A DNA stretch of 64,000 nucleotides from Gemmatimonadaceae bacterium (GCA_044224185.1 JBGAKW010000015.1:55603-119602); one strand, 5' to 3'; shown: positions 9,934-19,785, numbered from the stretch's first letter. The notes: a model not told the origin generated them from the sequence alone. Numbers and translations are program-made.

Positions 9934-10281
9934 CCCGATCGAAGCGTCGCGAAGTAACACGGCATTTTCTGCCGGAAATCACCGCTGATTTCGCGTCGTC
10001 GAACCTCGCAAGTCATTCTGCCGTGACCACCTAGCGCGCGCCGCGTCGTCAGGAGTGTAACCCTGGGACGCCGCGCGCCGCTCGGCAGCTTTGGCCGCTC
10101 GCGCACCACGCGATCGATCGCGTGTCGTTTGCCGTCCCGGATTTCGTGATGAGGGAACGGAAACGTACGTGACGGCGCAGCACCGAACTCTGAGACACCG
10201 CCGATGGACGCGTCGGCGCGTTTCGCGCACCCTGGCGCGCTGTTCGGCGTTTTTATATCCGTCAGCTGCAATTCCGGCAGT

Positions 10282-10322
10282 CGCGCGCGCGCGCGTCGTT
10301 TTTTACGCGCGCGCGTTTATTA
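10282..10322 (+). promoter_or_regulatory. Alternating-GC hairpin followed by TTTATTA, 10 nt before the ATG of the HPt/GGDEF gene (terminator/attenuator-like)
   Basis: cgcgcgcgcgcgcg - tcgtttttta - cgcgcgcgcg - tttatta is read directly. Confidence 0.4.
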
Positions 10323-10332
10323 CAGGCGCGCC

Positions 10333-12381
10333 ATGACCTCGCCCCCGCGCCCCCCCGAAGTGGCGTCACCAGCCTCGTTGTTAGGCGCGCAGGGGGCGGA
10401 GCTCTGGGCGCGATCACTCGAGCGCCACACGCGCCGCGTCGAGGTCCTCGAGCGCGCGGTGCTCGCGCTCATGGACGGTGAACTCGACAACGAGCTGCGC
10501 GAACTCGCCGAGTCGGAGGCGCACCTCCTCGCCGGCTCCATCGGATCGTTTGGGCTTCGCGCCGGCTCGCGCCTCGCCCGCGCGCTGGAGCAGTCGTTCG
10601 GCGCCCCGCACACGTTAGGCAGGGTCTTCGCCGCTCGCCTCGCCGATCAGGTCCTTGCGCTCCGCCGGGAGTTGGAGCGCCCGCTGGTCCTCGACGCCGG
10701 CGCCGCCCTCGGCGCCGAACACCGCCGGCTCCTGCTCATCTCCGACGACGCCGAACGCGCCGAGCAGTACGTGGCGGAGGGAGTCGCGTTAGGGTACGCG
10801 CTGACCATTCACTCGGTGCGAAATGCCGCTCGCGTCATCGCCGAGCTGCCTAACGACGCACGTCCTCATGCCGTGGTCGTCGAACTCTCGGAAGCCACGT
10901 GCGACGAGGGCATCGCACTCCTCGGCGAGATCGAACGCCTGCGCGGTACGCTACCGACGCTCGTCGTCTCCGCCGTCGACGGCATGGCACTGCGACTGGC
11001 CATCGCGCGCTCGCAAGCCACCGGGCCGCTCGCCCTCTCGCACGCGCCATCGGACGTCCTGCAGCGCGCCACGCCACTCCTCGACGTCCAGCACACGCTC
11101 CAAGGCTCGATTCTCGTGGTCGACACCGATCCGTGGGCGCTGGAATCGACGCGCCTAACGCTGGAGCACGAAGGACACACGGTGCACACGCTCCCCGACC
11201 CGATGCGCTTCTGGGAAACGCTCGAATCTGTCGCTCCCGATCTCGTCATCTCGGGCATCGCGATGACGTCGCTCTCCGGGCTCGACTTGTGCCGCGCCAT
11301 GCGCGCCGATCCGCGCTGGCGCGAACTCCCGCTCATTTTCGTCGCCGCCACCGACGACGCGCCGTTCGTTCGTGACGCATATCTCGCCGGTGCCGATGAC
11401 GTCGTCCGCAAACCGGTCGAGATGCGCGAACTCGCCACGCGCGTCGGGAATCGCATGCGCCGTTCGCGATTACTGCGCCGTCACGCCGAAGCCGACGTCC
11501 TCACCGGTCTTGCCAATCGCCGCAAGGCTGAGCGCGACCTCGATCGCTTTCTGCGCCTCGCGCGTCGCCATCGCCACCAGGTCTCGCTCGCGTTGTTCCG
11601 CATCGATCGCTTCGAGCACGTCACCGAGTTGCACGGCCAGGGCGCCGCCGATCACGCCGCGCGGTGGTTCGCCCACCTCCTGCAGCAATCGTTTCGCGCC
11701 GAGGATATCGTCTCGCGATGGAGCGCGGACGACTTCGTCGTCGGTCTGTTCGATGCGGGAAGTGACGATGCGGTCGCGCGCGTGCGCGAAGTCATGGCGG
11801 CGCTCCGTGACGAACGCTTCACCGCGCCCAACGGTGATTCGTTCGCGCTGACCTGCAGCGCCGGCGTTGCCACGTTTCCCGACGACGCGGCCGACCCGGT
11901 TTCGCTCTACGCCAGCGCCGACGCCGCGTTGGTGAGCGCGCGCGTCACCATGCCCGACGACGCGTTAGGCATCGCGTCTGCGCCCCACATGCGCGTCAAT
12001 GGTCGCGTCGACGTCGTCCTCGTCGAAGACGACCCGGCGGTTGCCGCCCTCGTCATTCACGCCCTCGAATCGCGTCAATATGCCGTCCGCTGGCTGCGCG
12101 ACGGACACGAGGCTGCTGCTGCCTTGCTCGGCGAAAGCCCCGAGCTCCGCGCCCGGCTGGTGTTGCTGGAAGTCAACCTCCCTGCATTCGACGGTTTGTC
12201 CATTCTCCGCGCGCTCTCCGCGCAAGGCAAGCTGCGGCAGACGCGCGCCATCATGCTCAGCGTCCGCTCATCCGAAGCCGAAGTCGTGCAGGCCTTCGAG
12301 ATGGGAGCGTTCGACTACGTCGCCAAGCCGTTCTCCGTCTCCATCCTCGTCGAACGTATCCGGAGGGCACTCACCACATGA
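10333..12381 (+). CDS. Multidomain signalling protein: HPt, receiver-like domains, degenerate GGDEF (SADDF) with intact RxxD I-site, C-terminal receiver-like domain
   Basis: HPt signature EAHLLAGSIGSFG (His codon 10522-10524). GGDEF-domain start DVLTGLANRRKAERDL. RAED (11695-11706) lies five residues before SADDF (11722-11736). Receiver-like segments show E or G where the phospho-Asp is expected (VVVELSE, DLVISGIAMTSLSG, LVLLEVNLPAFDG). Confidence 0.85.
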   Translation: MTSPPRPPEVASPASLLGAQGAELWARSLERHTRRVEVLERAVLALMDGELDNELRELAESEAHLLAGSIGSFGLRAGSRLARALEQSFGAPHTLGRVFAARLADQVLALRRELERPLVLDAGAALGAEHRRLLLISDDAERAEQYVAEGVALGYALTIHSVRNAARVIAELPNDARPHAVVVELSEATCDEGIALLGEIERLRGTLPTLVVSAVDGMALRLAIARSQATGPLALSHAPSDVLQRATPLLDVQHTLQGSILVVDTDPWALESTRLTLEHEGHTVHTLPDPMRFWETLESVAPDLVISGIAMTSLSGLDLCRAMRADPRWRELPLIFVAATDDAPFVRDAYLAGADDVVRKPVEMRELATRVGNRMRRSRLLRRHAEADVLTGLANRRKAERDLDRFLRLARRHRHQVSLALFRIDRFEHVTELHGQGAADHAARWFAHLLQQSFRAEDIVSRWSADDFVVGLFDAGSDDAVARVREVMAALRDERFTAPNGDSFALTCSAGVATFPDDAADPVSLYASADAALVSARVTMPDDALGIASAPHMRVNGRVDVVLVEDDPAVAALVIHALESRQYAVRWLRDGHEAAAALLGESPELRARLVLLEVNLPAFDGLSILRALSAQGKLRQTRAIMLSVRSSEAEVVQAFEMGAFDYVAKPFSVSILVERIRRALTT

Positions 12382-12388
12382 ACCACAC

Positions 12389-13456
12389 ATGAGCCATACA
12401 TGGCCGTCGTTCGCCGACGTCTGTCGCGCGTTGCTCGCCATCGAGTCGGTGATTGCCTGTGCCCTGACCATCCTGCTCGCGGTCAGTGCGAGCATCACCC
12501 GCACGCGCAAGGCGCGCGTCGAAGCGCGTCTGATTCGCGGTCGCGCCACGATGGCTCGCGTCCTGGCCGATGACCGGCGCGAGGACGACATCGCGGCACT
12601 CGCCGCGCTCCCGGAGTCCACGCGTGTTGCACTGATCCTCGAGTTTGCGCCGTCACTCGCCGGCCGCGAACGGGCGCGCCTAACGAGCATCGGAGCGCGC
12701 ATCGGCATCGTCGATCGCGCCGCCTCACTCTGTGCATCGCGGCTCTGGTGGCGCCGCCTCCGTGGCGCGCGTCTGGTAACTGCCCTCGATCACGACACGC
12801 CGGCCATGCGCCCGCTGCTGCGAGACCGTTCACCCGCCGTCCGCGCCCAGGCCCTCGTCTGGGCGGCCGGACGCGTCGACGAGGACATCATCGACGAACT
12901 CGTTAGGCACTTGGTCGATCCGGAGCGACTCTGCCGCTTTACCGTCCAGGACTCGCTCCTCCGACTCGGGAATCCCGCCGCCGCTGCGCTGGCGCGCTTC
13001 CTTCGCTCCCTCGATTCCGCGGGACTCGAAGATGCGCTCGCCGTCGCCAAGGGACTCGCGCAGCCCGAGCTGCTCGAACCGGTCATTGCCCTCGCGAGTC
13101 ACCACGACGATCGCGTGCGCGCACACGCCGTCGCCGTCCTCGGGGTCCTGGGCGGCGAGGTTGCAGTGCGCATTCTCACCACGCGCCTTCACGATACGTC
13201 GCCCCTCGTGCGCGCCGCCGCCGCGCACGCAACGGGCGAACTGGGATACTGGCAGGCGTCGAGCGACATCGCGCGATTGTTAGGCGATCCGAATTGGCCT
13301 GTCCGCCGCGAGTCGGCGCTCGCGCTGCGGCGACTCGGCGGCGCTGGCCAGCTCTCGCTGCGCCGCGCCCTTGGCGACAAGAATCCGTTCGCCGCCGACA
13401 TGGCGCGCCAGGTCCTCGACCTTCCCGATCCCGTCTACAACAGGATCGCCGGATGA
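12389..13456 (+). CDS. HEAT/PBS-lyase-repeat protein with N-terminal TM helix
   Basis: Repeated xxVRxxAxxALGxxG units (SPAVRAQALVWAAG, DRVRAHAVAVLGVLGG, SPLVRAAAAHATGELG, NWPVRRESALALRRLGG). The ATG at 12389 lies 8 nt after the upstream stop. Confidence 0.7.
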   Translation: MSHTWPSFADVCRALLAIESVIACALTILLAVSASITRTRKARVEARLIRGRATMARVLADDRREDDIAALAALPESTRVALILEFAPSLAGRERARLTSIGARIGIVDRAASLCASRLWWRRLRGARLVTALDHDTPAMRPLLRDRSPAVRAQALVWAAGRVDEDIIDELVRHLVDPERLCRFTVQDSLLRLGNPAAAALARFLRSLDSAGLEDALAVAKGLAQPELLEPVIALASHHDDRVRAHAVAVLGVLGGEVAVRILTTRLHDTSPLVRAAAAHATGELGYWQASSDIARLLGDPNWPVRRESALALRRLGGAGQLSLRRALGDKNPFAADMARQVLDLPDPVYNRIAG

Positions 13457-14946
13457 TCGACGTGCTCCGCCCCTTGGTCTCCACCGCGCTGCGCATCCTC
13501 GACGAGGGTGTGCTCGCGTATTTCCTCATCATCAACGCTGCCTATCTCGCGCTCCTCGTCTCGGCAACGATCGAGATGATCGTACACAAGCTCCGCATCT
13601 GGGGCGAGAGCCGCTTTCGCGTGTTAGGCTCGGCGGTCACACCAAGTATCTCGATGCTGGCGCCGGCGTACAACGAAGAAGCAACAATCGCCGAGAGTAT
13701 CACCGCGCTCCTGGCGCTCCACTATCCCAATCTCGAAGTCGTCGTCATCAATGACGGCTCGCCCGACAACACGTTAGGCGTGTTGACGCAGCGCTTCGGC
13801 CTTCAACCCATCCATCCCATCGTCTGGAAACGGATCGAGACCAAGCCGGTGCGCGGCCTCTATCGCTCGCGGTCGCACCCCAACCTCCTCGTCGTCGACA
13901 AGGTGAACGGCGGCAAGGCGGACGCCCTCAATGTCGGATTGAACATGGCGACCGGTGATCTCGTCTGCGTGGTCGATGCCGACACCATCATCGAAGCCGA
14001 TTCGCTCCAGCGCCTCGCGCGCCCGTTCCTCAGCGATCACGACGTCCTTGCGGCTGGCGGGACGATTCGCCTGGTCAACGGATCAACCGTCCAAGGCGGA
14101 CGTGTGGTCGAAGCGCGTGCGCCGCGCAACTTCCTCGCCGGCGTGCAAGTCGTCGAGTATTTCCGCGCCTTCCTCTTCGGACGCCTCGGATGGAACCGGC
14201 TCGGCGGAAACCTCATCATCTCCGGCGCATTCGGGCTTTTTCGGCGCGACGAAGTCATCGATGTCGGCGGCTACACGCACGACACGGTCGGCGAAGACAT
14301 GGAACTCGTGTTCAAGCTTCGGCGACGTGCGTACGAACAGAAGCGCCGCCATTTCATTGCGTTCGTCCCCGACGCCGTCGCCTGGACCGAAGCCCCCGAG
14401 ACCACGCGCGTCCTCGGGCGACAGCGTGACCGCTGGCACCGTGGCCTGTTCGATGTCCTCTGGCGCCACCGCGCCATGTTCTGCAACCCGCGCTATGGTG
14501 TGCTCGGCCTGTTCTGCATTCCGTACTTTGTCTTCGTCGAGCTGCTCGCCCCGGTGGTGGAGGTCCTTGGCTGGATTGCGCTCACGCTGAGCGTCGCATT
14601 CGGATTTCTCGACGCATCGGTTGCCGCGCTCTTCTTCCTCGTTGCCTACGGAATCGGTCTCGTGCTCGGCACCTACGCGCTCTTGATGGAAGAATGGAGT
14701 TTCGGACGCTATCACCATCTGCGCGATCGCTTTGTCCTGCTCGCCTATTTGTTGGGAGAGTCGTTCGGCTACCGGCAGCTCACCACCGTCTGGCGCTTGC
14801 GTGGCATCTGGAAGTACCTGCGCGGGCGCACCGACTGGGGAAAGATGGAGCGGCGCGGATTCGCCAAGCCCCCAGCCGCACCTCCGACGAGTGGGACATT
14901 GCGCGTCGTCAATGGCGCCGAGCCCTCACAACGAGCGAGCGCCTAA
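13453..14946 (+). CDS. Processive family-2 glycosyltransferase (PNAG/cellulose/chitin-synthase-like exopolysaccharide synthase)
   Basis: D,D,D,QxxRW signature: VINDGSPD, VVDADT, GEDMEL, QRDRWHRG. TM helices at both ends. ATGA start/stop overlap with the HEAT gene. Confidence 0.85.
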   Translation: MIDVLRPLVSTALRILDEGVLAYFLIINAAYLALLVSATIEMIVHKLRIWGESRFRVLGSAVTPSISMLAPAYNEEATIAESITALLALHYPNLEVVVINDGSPDNTLGVLTQRFGLQPIHPIVWKRIETKPVRGLYRSRSHPNLLVVDKVNGGKADALNVGLNMATGDLVCVVDADTIIEADSLQRLARPFLSDHDVLAAGGTIRLVNGSTVQGGRVVEARAPRNFLAGVQVVEYFRAFLFGRLGWNRLGGNLIISGAFGLFRRDEVIDVGGYTHDTVGEDMELVFKLRRRAYEQKRRHFIAFVPDAVAWTEAPETTRVLGRQRDRWHRGLFDVLWRHRAMFCNPRYGVLGLFCIPYFVFVELLAPVVEVLGWIALTLSVAFGFLDASVAALFFLVAYGIGLVLGTYALLMEEWSFGRYHHLRDRFVLLAYLLGESFGYRQLTTVWRLRGIWKYLRGRTDWGKMERRGFAKPPAAPPTSGTLRVVNGAEPSQRASA

Positions 14947-15072
14947 CGCGATGCAACGCCCGCGGCCAATCCCGTTAACGCTGCTTTCACCCGCTGCAAT
15001 TTTCCGGCTCGCTGGCTGGCGCGACTATCCCGCCGAGCGCAATTTTGTCGTGCAGCTGCGTGCGTCATCCTG

Positions 15073-17703
15073 GTGCGACTGCGCAAACTGGCGTCTCGCA
15101 CTTCATCGAACAGGCTCGCGACACAGGTGACAGCAAGCGTTCCACCAACCGTTTCAAGAAGCGCGACGCCTCCCTCCCCCCCCGCCAGCGCGTCGCCTTC
15201 GCAGTCAGCGCGTCGCGCCGACTCGCCGCGGTCGCATCATCTCCTCAACCTCGCGGTGGCCGCGTCATGGATCTACGCTGCCACCTTCGCGTGGTGGGTA
15301 GTGATGGGAAAGGAACCTGTCTCGAAGTTCGAACAGGATCTCCTCTTTCTCCCGTTCTATCTCCTCGCCGGGTTCGGCGCGATGGCAGGCGCATGGCAGG
15401 AGCGCTCGTCAGCGCGCGAAGCCCTCGGCTGGCGACTGATTGGCGTCGGATGGATTTTCTCCTTTGCTGGCGCCGCGCTTTGGATCGTTCCGCAATTTGC
15501 GCCGACGGTGAAGTGGGTCGATGCGCCGGCCACGCTGCTGTATAACGCGTATTATCCGTTCGCGGTGGCCGGCTTCGTACTGCTCTCGTCCTTTCCGCAG
15601 TCGCGCTTGGCGCGTGTTCGCCTCATTCTCGATGTCGCCGTTGTCATGGCGGCGTGCGCGACCATCTCGTGGTATTTCGTGCACGGTGTCGGCCCCGCGC
15701 CGTCTAGCATCGAGGCGTTGTTAGGCATCAATGGCATCACCGTCGTAGGTGAACTGACCATCGTGATGGTGGCCGCCGTTGCGCTGCATCGTCCGGCGCA
15801 GCTCGGTGGAAAGGTCGCGCTGCAGGTGCTTGCCATCGGCGCCTTTGCCGCATCGTTAGGCGATCTGGTGCTCCTGCACGCCTCCGTATCGAGGATGGAG
15901 GGGTTCCGCACCTTCGGAAACATCGTGCTGACCGTGGCCGCGGCGACCTTCGCGACCGCTGGCATGCTTCGCGCCCGGGTAGTGCGAAGCCAGCCGTGGC
16001 CCACGGGTGAAACACTCCCGATCGTCGCCATCATCACCTTCTTCGGGCTCCTCCTGTGGGAGCTCACCTCGCGGCACGGCGGAGCGCTCGCCCTCGGCGG
16101 CCTCGCATTCGGCTCCATGGTGCTGACCGCGCTCTTGGTAGCGCGCCTAACGATTGCGCAGTACGAAGCGCGTGCCGAAGCAGAGGCACGCAACGTCCAG
16201 CAAACGCGTTTCATGCACCTGGCGCAGCGGAGTTCCGAAGCGCTCCTCGTCGTCGATGCGCGCGGCGTCGCCGTCTACGTCAGTCCGGCGACGGAACAGA
16301 TGCTCGGCATCGATGCTGCGAGATTGGCGTCGGCGCCCTTGTCCTCACTCTTCGCTGACGAGGCGCAAGCACCACTCCGCGAAGCGCTGGCGGCCCCCGT
16401 CGATGGTCTGGCGACGAGTTGGTCGGTCGTCGTCGACGGGCGTCGCCGAGAGCTCGAGACCGTGCTCACTGACCTGCGCAAGGATCCAGCGGTCGAGGGC
16501 ATGGTGCTCAACACGCGCGACGTCAGCGACCGGACGCGCCTCGAAGAGCAGTTGCGCATGTCGCAGAAGCTCGACTCGTTAGGTCTGCTCGCTGGTGGCA
16601 TCGCGCACGACTTCAACAACATTCTCGCCGCCGTTCGCGCCAACGCCGACTTCCTGCTCTACACGCAGCCCGAACACACCGAGTTCGAGTTGCAGGAGAT
16701 TCGGAAGGCCACCGATCGGGGCGCCGCATTGTGTGCGCAACTCCTTGCCTTCTCGCGCGCGGAGCCGGGGCGTCTCGAGCCGCTCAACCTCACCGACGTC
16801 GTCGATAACGTCATCCCGATGCTGCGTCGTGTTGTTCCGCGCACCATCGAGCTCGTCGTTCGCTCCGGAGGCGAGGCGCTCTTCATGCTCGGCGATCGCG
16901 TGCAGTTGGAAATTGCACTGCTCAACCTCGTGGTGAACGCGCGCGATGCAATGCCCGATGGCGGCGGGATCACCATCGGCACCGGGAGTCGCGTTGTCGT
17001 GCCTAACGATGGATGGTCGCGCGACGGCATTCCGACCGGCGCCTACGTCACCGCCTCGGTGCACGACACCGGCGTGGGAATGGATGAAACCACACGCCTG
17101 CGCGTCCTCGAACCGTTCTTCACCACGAAGCCGGTGGGGCAGGGAACGGGGCTGGGACTGTCGACCGTGTACGGCATCGTGACCGGGGCCGGCGGTTACC
17201 TGCGCATCGCCTCGCATCTTGGCGCGGGCACAACGGTCACGATGTTCTTTCCCGTCTCGTCGCAGCGCCCTCCCTCTTCAACGCCGCCCGAATCACATCG
17301 CAGCATCGATGGGCATCAGGCGGCCATCCTGGTCGTCGATGATGAAGAGATGGTCCGCGCAGCGGTGTCGCGGTATCTCGAATCGTGCGGCTTCACCGTT
17401 GCCAACGCGGCGGATGGCGTCGAGGCGCTGGAGGTGTTGGAGCGCTTGGAATGGCGCGTCGATGCCATCGTCACTGACGTGACGATGCCGCGCATGGACG
17501 GAATCGCGCTCGCGAACCGCGTACACGCGCAGCGCCCCACCATCCCCGTCATCTTCGTGACGGGAAACGCCGCCCTCCGCGATTCGCCGCCGACACACGC
17601 ATTGTCGCGCCGAGTGGATTGGCTGCTCAAACCGTTTAGTCTGGAGGACTTGGTGATCGTGATCAACAAGCGCCTCGCGCGCACGCCGGCGTCTCGCGCC
17701 TAA
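15073..17703 (+). CDS. Membrane-bound hybrid sensor histidine kinase (multi-TM sensor, PAS, HisKA, HATPase, receiver)
   Basis: H-box HDFNNILAAV, N-box NLVVNARDAM, G-boxes DTGVGMD / GTGLGLS, and receiver ILVVDDEEMV...DAIVTDVTMPRMDG. The exact start is uncertain. Confidence 0.85.
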   Translation: MRLRKLASRTSSNRLATQVTASVPPTVSRSATPPSPPASASPSQSARRADSPRSHHLLNLAVAASWIYAATFAWWVVMGKEPVSKFEQDLLFLPFYLLAGFGAMAGAWQERSSAREALGWRLIGVGWIFSFAGAALWIVPQFAPTVKWVDAPATLLYNAYYPFAVAGFVLLSSFPQSRLARVRLILDVAVVMAACATISWYFVHGVGPAPSSIEALLGINGITVVGELTIVMVAAVALHRPAQLGGKVALQVLAIGAFAASLGDLVLLHASVSRMEGFRTFGNIVLTVAAATFATAGMLRARVVRSQPWPTGETLPIVAIITFFGLLLWELTSRHGGALALGGLAFGSMVLTALLVARLTIAQYEARAEAEARNVQQTRFMHLAQRSSEALLVVDARGVAVYVSPATEQMLGIDAARLASAPLSSLFADEAQAPLREALAAPVDGLATSWSVVVDGRRRELETVLTDLRKDPAVEGMVLNTRDVSDRTRLEEQLRMSQKLDSLGLLAGGIAHDFNNILAAVRANADFLLYTQPEHTEFELQEIRKATDRGAALCAQLLAFSRAEPGRLEPLNLTDVVDNVIPMLRRVVPRTIELVVRSGGEALFMLGDRVQLEIALLNLVVNARDAMPDGGGITIGTGSRVVVPNDGWSRDGIPTGAYVTASVHDTGVGMDETTRLRVLEPFFTTKPVGQGTGLGLSTVYGIVTGAGGYLRIASHLGAGTTVTMFFPVSSQRPPSSTPPESHRSIDGHQAAILVVDDEEMVRAAVSRYLESCGFTVANAADGVEALEVLERLEWRVDAIVTDVTMPRMDGIALANRVHAQRPTIPVIFVTGNAALRDSPPTHALSRRVDWLLKPFSLEDLVIVINKRLARTPASRA

Positions 17704-17866
17704 CGACTGCGGTTTATCCGCACGACCATTCTCGGGTTTTGCGGCAGCTTGGAGCGCGGCGCGAGAACTTTGCACAGGCGCTATTGGGATTTCTGCCCTG
17801 AGCACCCGCGAGCGCCTCACGCATCTCCGTGAAATGCCTAACGACCGGGATCGCGGTGCTGGGCGA

Positions 17867-18301
17867 TCATCCCTCGATGGTCTTGCCCAAGAGTGAAACC
17901 GTACCCCCATCCTCTTCACCGCCAAAGAATCGACGCAACACATCGTCGCAGATCGGGGCCTTCGTGGCGCGCCAGAAGAGCGTGGCACACGATCGCAGCT
18001 TCATGTCGTCCGGATCACCCAGGATGTCGTGCGCGCTGAGTGTCTGGTGCGCAAGGAGAAGCGCAAAACACTCGCGCAGCCGCGTTCCCAGCACCGGATG
18101 CTTCCAATACGCGTGCGCCTCCGCGAGATCCTGCAACCCGTAGAACTGCGATCGGCTCGACACGCCCAGCCCCTTCAACTGCGGGAATATGAACCAGATC
18201 CAGTGCGAACGCTTGTGACCCGCCCGCAGCTCCGACACGACGACGTCGTAGCAGCCTGCCTGCGCGGACACAAAGCGCTCCAAGTTGAAGGGATCGGCCA
18301 C
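17867..18301 (-). CDS. DUF1810-family protein
   Basis: ERFVSAQAGCYDVVVSELRAGHKRSHWIWFIFPQLKGLG matches my recollection of the DUF1810 signature. Confidence 0.7.
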   Translation of the reverse strand: MADPFNLERFVSAQAGCYDVVVSELRAGHKRSHWIWFIFPQLKGLGVSSRSQFYGLQDLAEAHAYWKHPVLGTRLRECFALLLAHQTLSAHDILGDPDDMKLRSCATLFWRATKAPICDDVLRRFFGGEEDGGTVSLLGKTIEG

Positions 18302-18309
18302 GGATAAGC

Positions 18310-18498
18310 CTAACGACGTCGGCGTGCGGCACGCTGCGCCTTGACCTCAACTGCACGCACGAGTTTGTCTCGCATGTCGGACGTGAACGGGCGACATCCA
18401 CACTCCTTCGCGTGCGCCTCATGCCACTGCAGGCGTTCCTGCGGCGTCGGGTTCTTGGGCATTCGGTGCGTCTGGTGCCACTCAGCGTTGATCGCCAT
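18310..18498 (-). CDS. Small basic hypothetical protein (62 aa, MAINAEWHQTHRMPKNPTPQERLQWHEAHAKECGCRP...)
   Basis: This is only the non-low-complexity distal part of ORF 18310..18840. It fits the gap between neighbouring genes. No family recognised. Confidence 0.35.
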   Translation of the reverse strand: MAINAEWHQTHRMPKNPTPQERLQWHEAHAKECGCRPFTSDMRDKLVRAVEVKAQRAARRRR

Positions 18499-18554
18499 CG
18501 AGCGCGTGTGAAGAAAAGGTGTCGGAATCGCCGGAGCCGGAGTGGTCGCGTTAC

Positions 18555-19778
18555 TTACGCCTCTTGTTCCTCCACCGGAGCAATTTCGCGGACCGCCGCC
18601 GCCCGCTCCACGGGCACGCCCGCGCCTAACGCGCGCACCTTGCGCAACGTGATCTCGCGCGACTTCTCCAGGTCGCTGAGGAACATATCCTCGGCCTGTT
18701 GCCCCAACGCCGCGTCCTCGATCACCGCATCCAACTCGAAGTTGATGACGACCCCTAACGGGTTGAAGTCCGTCGATCCGACGCGCACCCAGCGCCCATC
18801 CACCACATTGGTCTTGGCGTGCATCATCTCGCCCCGCCATTCCCAGATGCGCACGCCGTTCATCAGGAGCTTCTGATAGAACGGTGTGAGAAACGTCCGG
18901 AGCCAGGGGTGATCATACCGCGACGGCACCAGCACGCGGACGTCCACGCCATCGCGCGCCGCACCCGCCAGCGCCTCGATAACTCCCCACGACGGCGCGA
19001 AATACGCACTGGCAATCCAGATGGTCTTTTCCGCGCCTAACGATTGCATCTGGAGCGCGCGCTCGACCCGCAGTCGCCCCGGTTCGCCCTCGATGATGCC
19101 AACGAGCGACGGTGGGTCGAGTTGTGGATCCAGGTGCGACGCCCGCGCACTCCGCACGAGTCGTGGGCGCTTGGGACGAAGGCCACCGGCGCGCGCCCAC
19201 ATATGCTCGAATGAATCGAGCATGTCGCTCGCCGCAGGGCCTTCGATGCTCACCGCGGTGTCGCGCCACGGCGAGCGCTTGCGCCGAAGAACGCCGTGCT
19301 TCCACTCCTTTCCGATCCCGATTCCACCCGTGACCCCGCACTTCTTGTCGACCACCAACAACTTGCGGTGGTCGCGTGGAAGGACGCCCAGCCAGCGACG
19401 GAATCCCGGCGGATTGAAGATTCGCACATCGATACCGGCCTCGCGCATGGGACGAAAGAAGCTCTTCGACGTCCCCATTCGTCCCACCCAGTCCACCATC
19501 AGGCGCACCTGCACGCCGCGTGTAGCCGCCTCGATCAGCGCATCGCGAAACCGCAGGCCGACTTCATCGTTGCGGAAAATGTATCCCTCAAACGCAATCG
19601 CGTCGCGCGCGCCCGCAATGAGGTTCAGTTGCGCGTCAAAGGTCGCGGCGCCGTCGCGCAGCAAGCGCACCTTGTTGCCACACGACACGTCGGCAGCCGC
19701 AATGCGCCAGAGCGCACGCGCAAAGGTGCGCGTGCGCATGATCGGCGTGTTGGGTGTGTCGGCGTCGAGCGTCGTCAC
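18555..19778 (-). CDS. Phospholipase D-family protein, cardiolipin-synthase-like (two HKD motifs)
   Basis: HRKLLVVD and HAKTNVVDG HKD motifs. GTG start at 19778. Confidence 0.85.
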   Translation of the reverse strand: MTTLDADTPNTPIMRTRTFARALWRIAAADVSCGNKVRLLRDGAATFDAQLNLIAGARDAIAFEGYIFRNDEVGLRFRDALIEAATRGVQVRLMVDWVGRMGTSKSFFRPMREAGIDVRIFNPPGFRRWLGVLPRDHRKLLVVDKKCGVTGGIGIGKEWKHGVLRRKRSPWRDTAVSIEGPAASDMLDSFEHMWARAGGLRPKRPRLVRSARASHLDPQLDPPSLVGIIEGEPGRLRVERALQMQSLGAEKTIWIASAYFAPSWGVIEALAGAARDGVDVRVLVPSRYDHPWLRTFLTPFYQKLLMNGVRIWEWRGEMMHAKTNVVDGRWVRVGSTDFNPLGVVINFELDAVIEDAALGQQAEDMFLSDLEKSREITLRKVRALGAGVPVERAAAVREIAPVEEQEA

Positions 19779-19785
19779 GTGCCTC

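Noticed and set aside
17834-17896. 20-codon mini-ORF starting ATG-CCT-AAC-GAC (MPND...), the same opening as two real genes
   Set aside because: It lies in the convergent gap between the kinase and the DUF1810 gene and overlaps the DUF1810 3' end. The resemblance comes from the motif itself, and there is no coding evidence.
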